Position numbers and translations under genes: made by a program. Shown in pieces: positions 47,167 through 56,570 of a stretch of 64,000 nt of DNA. The first letter of the stretch is position 1. Each line of letters starts with the position of its first letter. The notes beneath the pieces are model-generated. The model was not told the DNA's origin, did not search any database, and was given only the letters and a program-made list of their open reading frames with translations. Source of the stretch: an uncultured delta proteobacterium (GTDB lineage Bacteria > Myxococcota_A > UBA9160 > SMWR01); contig CAWHTE010000001.1 of assembly GCA_963832165.1 (NCBI GenBank), forward strand, positions 128,001-192,000, read 5' to 3'.

Positions 47167-47606
47167 CAGAAGATCACCCCGGCCATGATCAGGGCGAGTC
47201 CGCCCGACACGGCGATCCACGCCGCGTAGAGCCCCGCGTGCAGGATCGGGCGCGGCGGCGGCTTCACGGGCCCGATCTTGGCCGGCTGTGCCTTCGGGAA
47301 CAGCGCGAAGAAGCGCACGCCCACGAAGATCACCGCGGCGAGGCAGACCGCGTGCAACGCGATCAGCCCCGGCTGCGCATACTCGGCCTGGAACGCCGCC
47401 CACGCGGTCGGACCGCTGCCGAGCATCCACACCGCGCGCAGCGCGCCGAAGCCGCATAGCAGGTAGAGGATTCCCGTCATGCCGAACAGCGTGTAGCTGA
47501 AGTAGCGCCCGTGCGTCGGGTACTGCGCGGGCATCATCGGCGGCGCCGTGCGCGTGCGCCCGGGCCGGTGGGGCGCCATCGCGTCGGGGTGGGCCGGTCG
47601 CGCCAT
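47166..47606 (-). CDS. frdC: Fumarate reductase subunit C (membrane anchor)
   Basis: Three TM helices, G..AW..F and F.L.PK; position in the operon. Confidence 0.75.
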   Translation of the reverse strand: MARPAHPDAMAPHRPGRTRTAPPMMPAQYPTHGRYFSYTLFGMTGILYLLCGFGALRAVWMLGSGPTAWAAFQAEYAQPGLIALHAVCLAAVIFVGVRFFALFPKAQPAKIGPVKPPPRPILHAGLYAAWIAVSGGLALIMAGVIF

Positions 47607-47608
47607 GG

Positions 47609-48370
47609 CTACTTCCCTCCCTTGTGGTCTTCGCTCGATCGCGGCACGACGAAGCTGGTCGCCCAGTCGATCACCGCATTGATCTTGCTCTGGTTCACCG
47701 CGGCAGCGGGGTCGACGTTCTTGGGGCACACCTCGCTGCACTCGTTCGCGTACGAGCACGCGAATACGGTGCCCTCGCCGCGGAAGATCTCGTTGCGCTC
47801 GCGCTGTCCCTCGTCGCGCGAGTCCATGTTGTAGCGGTGGCCGAGCGCGATCGCGGCCGGCCCGATGAAGTCGGGCTCGTTGCCGACCACGGGGCAGGCC
47901 GAATAGCAGAGCATGCAGTTGATGCACATGCTGAACTGCTTGAAGTGCTCGAGCTCTTCGGGCGACTGGCGGTAGGTGCCCTCTTCGACCGCGCGCTCCT
48001 TGGCCACCATGATCCAGGGCTTCACGGACTTGAGCTTCTCCATGAAGCCGTCCATTTCGACCACGAGATCGCGCACGACCGGGAAGTTCGCGAGCGGCGT
48101 CACCTCGACCTTGTCGCCGTAGTCGGAGAGCGGATCCTTGCAGGTGAGCGACGGCTCGCCGTTGACCATCATCCCGCAGCTGCCGCACACCGCCATCCGG
48201 CACGACCAGCGGTGCGAGAGCGAGCCGTCGAGCTCGTCTTTGATGTAGTTGAGCGCGTCGAGGACCTTCCAGTCCGGCTGGACGGGCACCTCGTAGGTCT
48301 GCTGGCGCGGCGCCTGATCCCTGTCCGGGTCGAAGCGCGTGACGACGAACGTCTTCTTCTGTTCACTCAT
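47609..48370 (-). CDS. frdB: Fumarate reductase/succinate dehydrogenase iron-sulfur subunit
   Basis: WSCRMAVCGSCG, CINCMLCYSACP, C.....CSEVCPK. Confidence 0.92.
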   Translation of the reverse strand: MSEQKKTFVVTRFDPDRDQAPRQQTYEVPVQPDWKVLDALNYIKDELDGSLSHRWSCRMAVCGSCGMMVNGEPSLTCKDPLSDYGDKVEVTPLANFPVVRDLVVEMDGFMEKLKSVKPWIMVAKERAVEEGTYRQSPEELEHFKQFSMCINCMLCYSACPVVGNEPDFIGPAAIALGHRYNMDSRDEGQRERNEIFRGEGTVFACSYANECSEVCPKNVDPAAAVNQSKINAVIDWATSFVVPRSSEDHKGGK

Positions 48371-48383
48371 CGCTTGTTTGACT

Positions 48384-48444
48384 ATCCACCTTTCCGATCT
48401 TCGCTCGCCTTCGGCTCGCTGCGCGCGCCCTTCGGGCGCTTGCC
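48384..48444. repeat. REP-like repeat, complete copy in the frdA-frdB spacer
   Basis: ATCCACCTTTCCGATCTTCGCTCG-CCTTCGG-CTCGCTGCGCG-CGCCCTTCGGGCG-CTTGCC. Confidence 0.85.
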
Positions 48445-50163
48445 CTAATACTTCCGCTCTTCCGGCACCCATTTGCCGAGCTTCACTTCCTTCTTGCCGA
48501 GCCGCGGGCCTGCGGGTCCGTAGTAGGCGAGCGTGTGGTAGAGGAAGTTGTTGTCGTCGCGCTTCGGCGCGTCGCGCCGCGTGTGGGCGCCGCGCGACTC
48601 GCGGCGATGCGCGGCCGACACCGCGAGCGACTCCGCCACCTCGAGCATGTTGTCGAGCTCGAGCGCCGCGACGATCTCGGTGTTGAACACCGCGCTCGAG
48701 TCCTCGAGTCGCACGTCGCTCATGCGCTGCTTGAGCTGGGCCACCGTGCGCACCGTATCGTCCATCGACGCCTGCTCGCGGTACACGCCGCAGCCGCTCT
48801 CCATCGTCTGGTTGAGCTCGCGGCGCAGCTGCGAGAGCCGCTCGCTGCCGCGCTGCGTGGCGCGCGCGGCTTCGAGTCGTCCCGACTCTTCTTCCGCGGC
48901 GCTCTGCGCGATCGCATCGTTGCCCGCGTCGGTACCCGCCACGTACTGCACCGCGACGCGGCCGGCGCGCGCGCCGAACACGAGACACTCGGTGAGCGAG
49001 TTCGAGCCGAGCCGGTTGGCGCCGTTCAGCGACACGCACGCGGTCTCGCCGGCCGCGTAGAGGCCGGGGATCGACGTGGCGCCGTCGATGTCGGTGTCGA
49101 CGCCGCCCATCATGTAGTGCACGACCGGGCGGATCGGGATCGGCTCGTAGACGGGATCGACCCCGCCGTAGACCTTCGAGAGCTCGCGCACCATCGGCAG
49201 GCGCTTGTCGATGATCTCCTGGCCGAGATGCGTGAGATCGAGGTGGACGTAGTCGCCGTAGATTCCCTTGAACCCGCGCCCCGCCTCGATCTCCTGCACG
49301 ATCGCGCGCGAGATCATGTCGCGCGGTCCGAGCTCCGCCTTGCTGCCCACGCCGTAGTCGCGCGTGACGAGAAAGCGCTCGCCCTGCGAATTCTTCACGT
49401 GGCCGCCCTCGCCGCGCGTGGCCTCGGTGATCAGGATGCCCGTGCCCGGCAGTCCGGTGGGGTGGTACTGCACGAACTCCATGTCCTTGAGCGCCACGCC
49501 CTCGCGATAGGCGAGCGCCATGCCGTCGCCGGTCTTGATGTTGCCGTTGGTCGTGAACGGAAAGATCTTGCCCGCGCCACCGGTCGCGAGGATCACCGCG
49601 CGGCCCAGGATCGCGCGCACGGCGCCGGTGCGGATGTCGAGCGCGGCCACGCCGCGGCACGCGCCGCCGTCGACGATGAGCTTGGTGACGAAGTGCTCGT
49701 CGTAGCGCACGATGCGGTCGAAGCGCAGCGAGTGCTGGAACAGCGCGTGCAGCATGTGGAAGCCGACCTTGTCGGTGGCGTACCAGGTGCGCTTCGTGCT
49801 CATGCCGCCGAACGCGCGCGTGGCGACCGTGCCGTCCTCGTTGCGGCTCCACGGGCAGCCCCAGTGCTCGAGCCGGATCAGCTCCTTGGGCGCCTCCTCC
49901 ACGAAGTACTGGATCACATCCTGATCGCCGAGGAAGTCGGAGCCCTTCACGGTGTCGAAGCCGTGCATCTCGAAGTTGTCGTCGTCGCGCGCGACCGCCG
50001 CGGCGCCGCCCTCCGCCGAGACGGTGTGGCTCCGCATCGGATAGACCTTCGAGACCATGGCGACGGACGCGCTCGGGGAGGCCTCGACCGCCGCGATGGC
50101 CGCGCGAATGCCCGCGCAGCCGCCGCCGACGATCACGATGTCGTGACGGAAGATCTCGATCAC
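48445..50163 (-). CDS. frdA: Fumarate reductase flavoprotein subunit
   Basis: GGG.AG, PMRSHTVSAEGG (covalent FAD His), QYHPTG, HY.MGG, GANRLGSNSL, ESRGAH. Confidence 0.93.
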   Translation of the reverse strand: MIEIFRHDIVIVGGGCAGIRAAIAAVEASPSASVAMVSKVYPMRSHTVSAEGGAAAVARDDDNFEMHGFDTVKGSDFLGDQDVIQYFVEEAPKELIRLEHWGCPWSRNEDGTVATRAFGGMSTKRTWYATDKVGFHMLHALFQHSLRFDRIVRYDEHFVTKLIVDGGACRGVAALDIRTGAVRAILGRAVILATGGAGKIFPFTTNGNIKTGDGMALAYREGVALKDMEFVQYHPTGLPGTGILITEATRGEGGHVKNSQGERFLVTRDYGVGSKAELGPRDMISRAIVQEIEAGRGFKGIYGDYVHLDLTHLGQEIIDKRLPMVRELSKVYGGVDPVYEPIPIRPVVHYMMGGVDTDIDGATSIPGLYAAGETACVSLNGANRLGSNSLTECLVFGARAGRVAVQYVAGTDAGNDAIAQSAAEEESGRLEAARATQRGSERLSQLRRELNQTMESGCGVYREQASMDDTVRTVAQLKQRMSDVRLEDSSAVFNTEIVAALELDNMLEVAESLAVSAAHRRESRGAHTRRDAPKRDDNNFLYHTLAYYGPAGPRLGKKEVKLGKWVPEERKY

Positions 50164-50240
50164 CTACGGAACCTCGGGAGATGTGGGGAAGCGCGGCCCC
50201 GCAGGCTCCGCGGGGCGGCGAAGGGGCAGACGGTAGTCAA

Positions 50241-51230
50241 TCAGGCCGGCTCCTGCTGCGACAGGCAGTGGATCGCCCCGAGGCCCAGGACGAGCGTCCG
50301 GCACGGGATGCCGATCACTTCGCGCCCGGGCAGCACGTCGCGCAACACCGCGAGCGCGCGCGCGTCCGAGGCGGCCCCGAACGTGGGCACGAGTGCGACC
50401 CCGTTTGCGAGGTAGAAATTCGCGTAGCTCGCGGGACAGGCTTCGCCGCCGACGCGATGGATCGGCGGCATCGGCAGATCGTGCACCGCGAGGCCCGCGG
50501 CGACGAGGCGCCGCCGGTTCTCTGCGAGGATCGGCTCGTCGGGGCCCGCATCCGCGCTCGCCGCGACCACGACTCCGGGCGCGACGAAGCGCGCACAGTC
50601 GTCGATGTGTCCATCGGTGTCGTCGGCCGAGATTCCCTCGCCGAGCCAGATCACGCGCCGCCCGCCGAGCCACTGCCCGAGGCGCTGCTCCATGTGCGCG
50701 CGCGTGCGCGGTGCCGCTTCGCGGTTCGGATTGAGCAGGCACGACTCGGTGGTCAGGATCACGCCTGCGCCGTCGCCGTCGATCGAGCCGCCCTCGAGCA
50801 CGAAGGACAGCTCTTCACGCGGGAGTCCCGCGAGCTCCGCGATCGCCGAGCCGATGCCGTCGTCGAGATCCCACGGCGGATACTTGCCGCCCCACGCGTT
50901 GAAGCCGAACGCGAGCGCGCAGCGCATGCCGGAGTCGTCTTCGACGAAGATCGGGCCCGTATCGCGCAGCCATGAATCGTTGGTGGGGATGCGGTGGAAG
51001 CGGATCCCGCGATCGGGGTCGACGCCCGCGGACGCGAGCAACTTTCGTGCGGCCTCCTCCATCGCCTCGTCGCCGACCAGGAGCTCCACGATCTCGCGGC
51101 CCTGCAGCGCGCGCACGATCTCGGTGTACTCGGCCTGCGCCTCGGCGAGATGCCCCGGCCACGTGGTCGGCGCGTGCGGCCACGCGAGCCAGGTCGCGCG
51201 GTGGGGCTCCCACTCGGCAGGCCATCTCAC
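50241..51230 (-). CDS. aguA: Agmatine deiminase (PAD_porph family)
   Basis: PAEWEPH, W.RD.GP, EGGSI, DTDGHIDD, SYANF, G.IHC..QQ.P. Confidence 0.9.
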   Translation of the reverse strand: MRWPAEWEPHRATWLAWPHAPTTWPGHLAEAQAEYTEIVRALQGREIVELLVGDEAMEEAARKLLASAGVDPDRGIRFHRIPTNDSWLRDTGPIFVEDDSGMRCALAFGFNAWGGKYPPWDLDDGIGSAIAELAGLPREELSFVLEGGSIDGDGAGVILTTESCLLNPNREAAPRTRAHMEQRLGQWLGGRRVIWLGEGISADDTDGHIDDCARFVAPGVVVAASADAGPDEPILAENRRRLVAAGLAVHDLPMPPIHRVGGEACPASYANFYLANGVALVPTFGAASDARALAVLRDVLPGREVIGIPCRTLVLGLGAIHCLSQQEPA

Positions 51231-51236
51231 GATCGA

Positions 51237-52101
51237 CTAATCCCGGATGCGCTTCGTGATCTCGGCGTATGCGTCGATCCGCCGGTCGCGCAGGAACGGC
51301 CAGTTGCGGCGCACCGCTTCGATCGCGCCGAGATCGCAGTCGACGAGCAGCGTCTCCTCGCGGTCCGACGCCGCGCGCGCGATCACGCGCCCGAACGGGT
51401 CGGCCACGAACGACTGACCCCAGAAGCGGATGCCGTCCTCGAGCCCGACGCGGTTGGTCGCCGCCACGAACACGCCGTTTGCGATCGCGTGCCCGCGCTG
51501 CACCGTCTCCCAGGCGTCGTGCTGTGCGGTGTCGGTGGCGGAGCCCTCGTCGAACTGCCAGCCGATCGCGGTCGGGTAGAACAGGATCTGCGCGCCGGCG
51601 AGCGCGGTGAGGCGCGCCGCTTCGGGGAACCACTGGTCCCAACACACGAGCGTGCCGATCGTCGCGGGCCGCATCGCGAACGCGCGGAAGCCGGTGTCGC
51701 CGGGCGCGAAGTAGAACTTCTCGTAGTAGAGCGGATCGTCCGGGATGTGCATCTTGCGATACATCCCGAGCGGTGCGGCCATCGGCGTCGAGCATGACCG
51801 CGGTGTTGTGGTAGACGCCCTCGGCGCGGCGCTCGAACAGCGACGCGATGATTGCGATTTCGCGCTCCGCGGCGAGCTTCGCGAGCGCCTCGGTGCTCTC
51901 GCCCGGGATCGGCTCGGCCAGGTCGAACTTCTGCGTGTCCTCGCTCTGGCAGAAATACCGGGAGCGGAACAGCTCGGGCAGGCACGCGATGCGCGCGCCC
52001 TGCTGTGCCGCGGCGTCGATCTTCTCGAGCGCGCGCGCGAGGTTCGCAGCCGGGTCTTCCTCCACCCGCATCTGGATCAGCGCGATCTTCACGCCCGCCA
52101 T
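51237..52101 (-). CDS. aguB: N-carbamoylputrescine amidase (nitrilase family); frameshift near 51775
   Basis: PELF...YFCQ in one frame; YRKMHIP, CWDQWFPE and YPTAIG in the next; adjacent to aguA. Confidence 0.87.
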
Positions 52102-52193
52102 TCGGGTTGCGTAGGCCAGCGGGAAGGGGGAGGCAAGACCTTTGCCAGGCCCTGTGACCGGATCCGTCACGCGCCCGCCCGATACCCCCCGAC

Positions 52194-52742
52194 ATGGAAA
52201 CCATCCGATCGTTCGCAAAAGGGGTGTTCGAGGCCGCCTGCGTGGTGGCGCTGTTCCTCGTGGGAGGGCTCGCCTTCGCGGCCGTGCTCGGCGGCGGTGC
52301 GCTGCCTGCGGGCAGCTCTGCGCTCTACCTTCCCCCCGACATGGAACCGCAATCGCCCGCGGACGCGCCGCGCGTGTGGCTCGTCGACGGCTACAACGTG
52401 CTGAATGTCGGCCTGCTCGCGGGCCGCGTGCGCGAGGGCTGGTGGACCGGGCCGTTCCGGGACGAGCTGCTCGGACGCGCGGATGGCTTCGAGCTGGAAG
52501 ACGCGGAGGTCTGGGTGGTCTTCGACGGCGCAACCCCACCCGATTCCGAGCGCGCCGGACGGGCGCGCTCCGTGTTCGCGCCGAGCGCCGACGAATGGCT
52601 GCTCGCGCGGATCCGCGAGCGCGATCCCGCGCAGGTCGCGCTCGTCACGGCCGACCGCCGCCTCGCCGCGCGCGCGCGCAGCCGCGGAGTCGAGGTCGTC
52701 GCGCCCGCGGCGTTCCTCGCGCGCTGCCGCGCGCTGAGTTGA
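52194..52742 (+). CDS. NYN/YacP-like (PIN-fold) domain protein; true start may be 52341
   Basis: LVDGYNV, VVFDG, SADEW, VTADR.L. Confidence 0.75.
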   Translation: METIRSFAKGVFEAACVVALFLVGGLAFAAVLGGGALPAGSSALYLPPDMEPQSPADAPRVWLVDGYNVLNVGLLAGRVREGWWTGPFRDELLGRADGFELEDAEVWVVFDGATPPDSERAGRARSVFAPSADEWLLARIRERDPAQVALVTADRRLAARARSRGVEVVAPAAFLARCRALS

Positions 52743-52743
52743 G

Positions 52744-52782
52744 CGGTGACCCGCCCGGCGCTCGGCGCCGAGCGGGTCACCG
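52744..52782. terminator. Strong hairpin between convergent genes
   Basis: CGGTGACCCGC...GCGGGTCACCG 11-bp inverted repeat with a further inner stem. Confidence 0.65.
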
Positions 52783-52791
52783 GGAATTCGC

Positions 52792-53043
52792 CTAGCGGCG
52801 GCCCTTGGACTCCGCCTCGTTCACGCGCAGAGACCGACCGCCGACATCACGGCCGTCGAGCGCAGCGATCGCGGTGTCCGCGCTCGCCGTATCCATTTCG
52901 ACGAAGCCGAAGCCGCGTGAGCGGCCCGACTCGCGGTCCATGACCACCGAGGCCGAAGTCACCTCGCCGTGCGTTGTGAACAGCTGGCGCAGGTCCGCGT
53001 CGGTGGTGGTGAAGGGAAGGTTTCCAACATAGATCTTCTTCAA
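52792..53043 (-). CDS. RRM (RNP-1) RNA-binding protein
   Basis: KIYVGNL (RNP2), RGFGFVEM (RNP1), GR.LRVNEA; AGGAG RBS before TTG. Confidence 0.93.
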   Translation of the reverse strand: MKKIYVGNLPFTTTDADLRQLFTTHGEVTSASVVMDRESGRSRGFGFVEMDTASADTAIAALDGRDVGGRSLRVNEAESKGRR

Positions 53044-53319
53044 GAGAGAACTCCTGGGTTCGAGCGTCGCTCGAATCGCATTGATGAGCCGTCGTGCGGG
53101 CCGTGGGGCCTCAGTTCTTGTCGCTGCGGCTCCGCGCCGCGCGTCGGCAGGTTGGCCACGGGAGCTCCATGCTCGCGTGGCTGTTTCAAACGAACGCTGC
53201 CGACCTTCAGACTGAGACGAAACTCGGAGTGGAGTACCGGGCTGGCTTGCTTGAGACGCGCGTAGAGTACAACACTTCCCGTACAAGCGCTGACGGGGTG
53301 GATCAGCGACACTCGACAC

Positions 53320-53763
53320 GTGGCCGCTTCTTCTGCTGTTCGGGTGTTTCTGAGCTTCGATGTCGACCACGACGCGGATCTCGGTGATCGACTGTCCGAG
53401 CAATCGCGGCGAGGTGGATTCTCGGTTGCGTCGCGCTCGGAACGCGGAGCGATGACGGATCGCTGGCACGCAGGCGTGCGACGCCGAATGCGCGATGCCG
53501 ACGAGATCATCGTGATCTGTGGCGAGCACACCGGCGCATCCGATCGCGTGAGCGCGGAGATGCGCATCGCGCAGGAAGAGCAGAAGCCCTACCTCCTGCT
53601 CTGGGGGCGTCCCGAGCGGATGTGCTCGATGCCGCTCGGGGTCAAGCGGACGGCGTGCATGTACCGCTGGACCCGCGAGAGTTTGATGATGCTCGTGGCA
53701 CAGACGCTCCGCGACGCACAGCCGCTCGTGATCCCGGAGAATTGCAAGCGCCCGTACGGCTGA
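53320..53763 (+). CDS. TIR-like protein (MTH538/DUF1863, ThsB-like)
   Basis: VFLSFDVDHD, IVICGEHT..S..V..E..IA, KPY.LL; about 147 aa. Confidence 0.72.
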   Translation: MAASSAVRVFLSFDVDHDADLGDRLSEQSRRGGFSVASRSERGAMTDRWHAGVRRRMRDADEIIVICGEHTGASDRVSAEMRIAQEEQKPYLLLWGRPERMCSMPLGVKRTACMYRWTRESLMMLVAQTLRDAQPLVIPENCKRPYG

Positions 53764-53770
53764 GGTGGCA

Positions 53771-54568
53771 TCACGGTCGGCCGATCTGCCCGCGGAGCAG
53801 CTCGGAGACCGTCACGCACTCGAGCCCGCGCTTGCGCAGGGCCGAGAGGATCTGCGGCAGCGCTTCCACGCACGCATCCCGTCGGGCCCCCGGCAGATCG
53901 TGTCCGTCGTGCATCACCACGATGTCGCCGGGGCGGATCCGGCGCAGCACGCGCGCGGCGACCACCGCGGGATCGGCCCCGATGCGGTCGCGGCTGTGCA
54001 GTGACCAGGCCACGACCGCGAGCCGCTTCTCGCGTGCCGCGACCGCAAACGGCGGGCTCTTCACGCCGAACGGCGCGCGATAGAGCGGCGGCGCGCCATT
54101 TCCCGCAATCGCCGCGATGGCGCGCTCGCCGCGCTCGATCTCTGCGAGCTGCTTCCCGACCAGGGCGAAGCCGCCCCAGCGCGAATGCCCGAACGTGTGA
54201 TTGCCGAGCTCGTGGCCCTCGGCGACCGCGCGCCGTGCGATCTCGGGATGCGCCTCGAGCGCACGGCCGATCGAGAAGAAGGTCGCGCGCGCGCCGTGCT
54301 TCGCGAGCGCGTCGAGCACGGCCGGCGTCACCTCGGGATCCGGCCCGTCGTCGAAGGTCAGCGCGACGCGTTTGCCGTCGCGCGGGCCGTGGCGCCAGGT
54401 CGGATAGAGCACGCTCGAGTCCGGCCGCATCATGCCGTCCATGAACAGCGCGAGAAAGAGCGCGGGCAGTCCGAGCGTCGCCGCCGACACCCCGAACACG
54501 AGAGCCGCGCCCGCGGTGGTCGCCGCCCAGGCGAGCAGGAGCAATCGCGCGCGAGAGAACGAGAACAT
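53771..54568 (-). CDS. Polysaccharide deacetylase (CE4) with N-terminal membrane anchor
   Basis: LTFDDGP, GNHT..H, R.PFG, V.MHD. Confidence 0.92.
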   Translation of the reverse strand: MFSFSRARLLLLAWAATTAGAALVFGVSAATLGLPALFLALFMDGMMRPDSSVLYPTWRHGPRDGKRVALTFDDGPDPEVTPAVLDALAKHGARATFFSIGRALEAHPEIARRAVAEGHELGNHTFGHSRWGGFALVGKQLAEIERGERAIAAIAGNGAPPLYRAPFGVKSPPFAVAAREKRLAVVAWSLHSRDRIGADPAVVAARVLRRIRPGDIVVMHDGHDLPGARRDACVEALPQILSALRKRGLECVTVSELLRGQIGRP

Positions 54569-54597
54569 CGACCCGAGATCCACGACTGTTTTCGCTG

Positions 54598-55609
54598 TCA
54601 GGTCCGGTCTCCGGGCCAGAAGTCGAAGAAGTTGAACCACTGATACGGCGCGCTCATGCAAGTCTTCTCGAGCGCGTGCGCATAGCGCTGAGCGAGCTCT
54701 TCGGCGTACTTGCGGCGGTCGCTGCGCGGGACCACGCCGGCCGGCGCGAACGGCACCGCGCTCGCGCGGTAGCGCCCCGGGCCGGTGCGCACGCAGCCGG
54801 TCAGGATGATGGGGCAGCCGATCACGGCGTGGAGCAGGAACGGACCGAGCGGGAAGCGCGCGCGACGGCCGAGGAACGTCGCCGGTACCGAGCGCTCCCC
54901 CTCGGTTTCCCAGACGCGGTCGCACATCATCGCCACGTGCTCACCGCGCGCGAGCGCGGCCTTCATGTCGAACACGGGGCGGATCGAGCCCGGCTCGAAC
55001 GGGATCATGCGCAGCTTCAAACCCGGGTGGAGCCGCTCGAAGAATTCGTTGATGCGCTCCGCGTTGGCCATGAAGATCAACACGTTGATCGTGACGCCGG
55101 TCTGCTCCGCCACCGAGCGCAGGAGATCGCTGCTGCCGAGATGGGAGCCGAGCAGGATCGCACCGCGCCCCTGCTGAGCGAGCTCGAGCAGGATCTCGGT
55201 GCCGTCGTAATCGACCTGGATGATTTCGGTGTCGCCGCTCCAGACGATCATGCGGTCGACGCATCTGCTCGGCGAACTCGTGCAGGTGGCGGAAGGCGTG
55301 GCGCGAGGTGGGCGGCTCGCCGAGCGCTGCGCGGCCGCCGGGTGCGGCCCACAGCGTGCGCAGGTAGTCGAGCGATGCGCGGCGCACCCCGCGTCCGGTC
55401 GTGAAGAAGTACGCGACGACGGGCGTGAGGAAGGCGATCGTCGCGCGTCGACCGAAGGTCCGATAGACCCAGCGGATGAAGCGCAGCGCGCCCATCGAGC
55501 CGCGCTCCGCGATGCCCGACCACTTGGGCCGGTTCCTGCGCTCCTGCGGCGGAGCGATCGCGCCCACGCCGCTCGCGGTCTCCGTGCTGTTTGCGATCGG
55601 CTCGCTCAT
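54598..55609 (-). CDS. LpxL/LPLAT-family acyltransferase; frameshift near 55260
   Basis: W....ERGS in the first frame; [21 protein letters not shown] and [11 protein letters not shown] in the second. Confidence 0.8.
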
Positions 55610-55637
55610 CCGGCGCAGGCTCCCGATCCCTCGGAGA

Positions 55638-56465
55638 TTACTCCGCTTCCTCGATCAGGCGCAGGATGCGCGCGGCGTTCTCCTCCGCGGCGCGCCCGCT
55701 GATGTCGACCACCTGCCAGCCGTGCTCGCGGTACAGGCGGCGCGCGCGGCGTACCTCCTCGATCAGCGCCTCCGGATCGGCGTAGGTGGAGTAGGGCGGC
55801 GCGCCGAGCGCGCGCACGCGCGCCTGGCGGATCGTGAGCAGGATCGACGGATCGATCGTGAGCGCGAACACCTTCTTCGGATCGAGCTCGAGCAGCGCGC
55901 GCGGCGGCTCGATGCCCGGCACGATCGGCACGTTGCCGGTCTTGTAGCCGCGCTGGGCCAGGTACATCGAGAGCGGCGTCTTCGAGGTGCGCGACACGCC
56001 CGTGAGCACGAGATCGGCGCGCGACAGCGTGTGCAGGTTCGCGCCGTCGTCGTGGCGCACCGCGAACTCGACCGCCTCGATGCGCTTGAAGTAGTCGTCC
56101 GAGAAGCCGTGCAACAGGCCCGGCTCGGAGCGCGGCTCGGCTTTCACGTGCTCGGCGATCTTCGCGATCATGCCGCCGAGCACGTCGAGCGTGGGGACGC
56201 CGCGCACGGCGGCCTCCTCGAGCAGTCCCTGCGCGACGCGGCGGTCGACCAGCGTGAACAGCACGAGCGCGCCGACGCGCTCTGCCTCCGCGACGACGCG
56301 CCGCGCGAGCGACGGCTGCCGGATCCCGCCAAAGCGGCGCAGCTTGCACTCGACCTGGAACTGCGCGAGCGCGGCCCTCGCCACCGCGGCGCCCGTGTCA
56401 CCGGTGCCGTCCGAAACGATGAAGATCGGCCGCGACACCGCCAGCGGCTTGTTGTCTTCGCTCAC
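55638..56465 (-). CDS. PPDK/PEP synthase regulatory protein (DUF299 kinase/pyrophosphorylase)
   Basis: SDGTG.T, YF.RIEA.EF...[17 protein letters not shown]. Confidence 0.93.
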   Translation of the reverse strand: MSEDNKPLAVSRPIFIVSDGTGDTGAAVARAALAQFQVECKLRRFGGIRQPSLARRVVAEAERVGALVLFTLVDRRVAQGLLEEAAVRGVPTLDVLGGMIAKIAEHVKAEPRSEPGLLHGFSDDYFKRIEAVEFAVRHDDGANLHTLSRADLVLTGVSRTSKTPLSMYLAQRGYKTGNVPIVPGIEPPRALLELDPKKVFALTIDPSILLTIRQARVRALGAPPYSTYADPEALIEEVRRARRLYREHGWQVVDISGRAAEENAARILRLIEEAE

Positions 56466-56570
56466 GCTGGGAGCTTGCCGACTCCCGACCCCGAAGTCGA
56501 TCGATTAGATTTCCCGCCGCAAGCGGTCCCCCGCGCGCAGCGAGGCGGAGCCGAGCGGAGTCCAAAAGGC

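Noticed and set aside
52194..52340. Membrane-anchored NYN nuclease
   Set aside because: The hydrophobic N-terminus may be an untranslated extension upstream of the ATG at 52341; this cannot be resolved from sequence.
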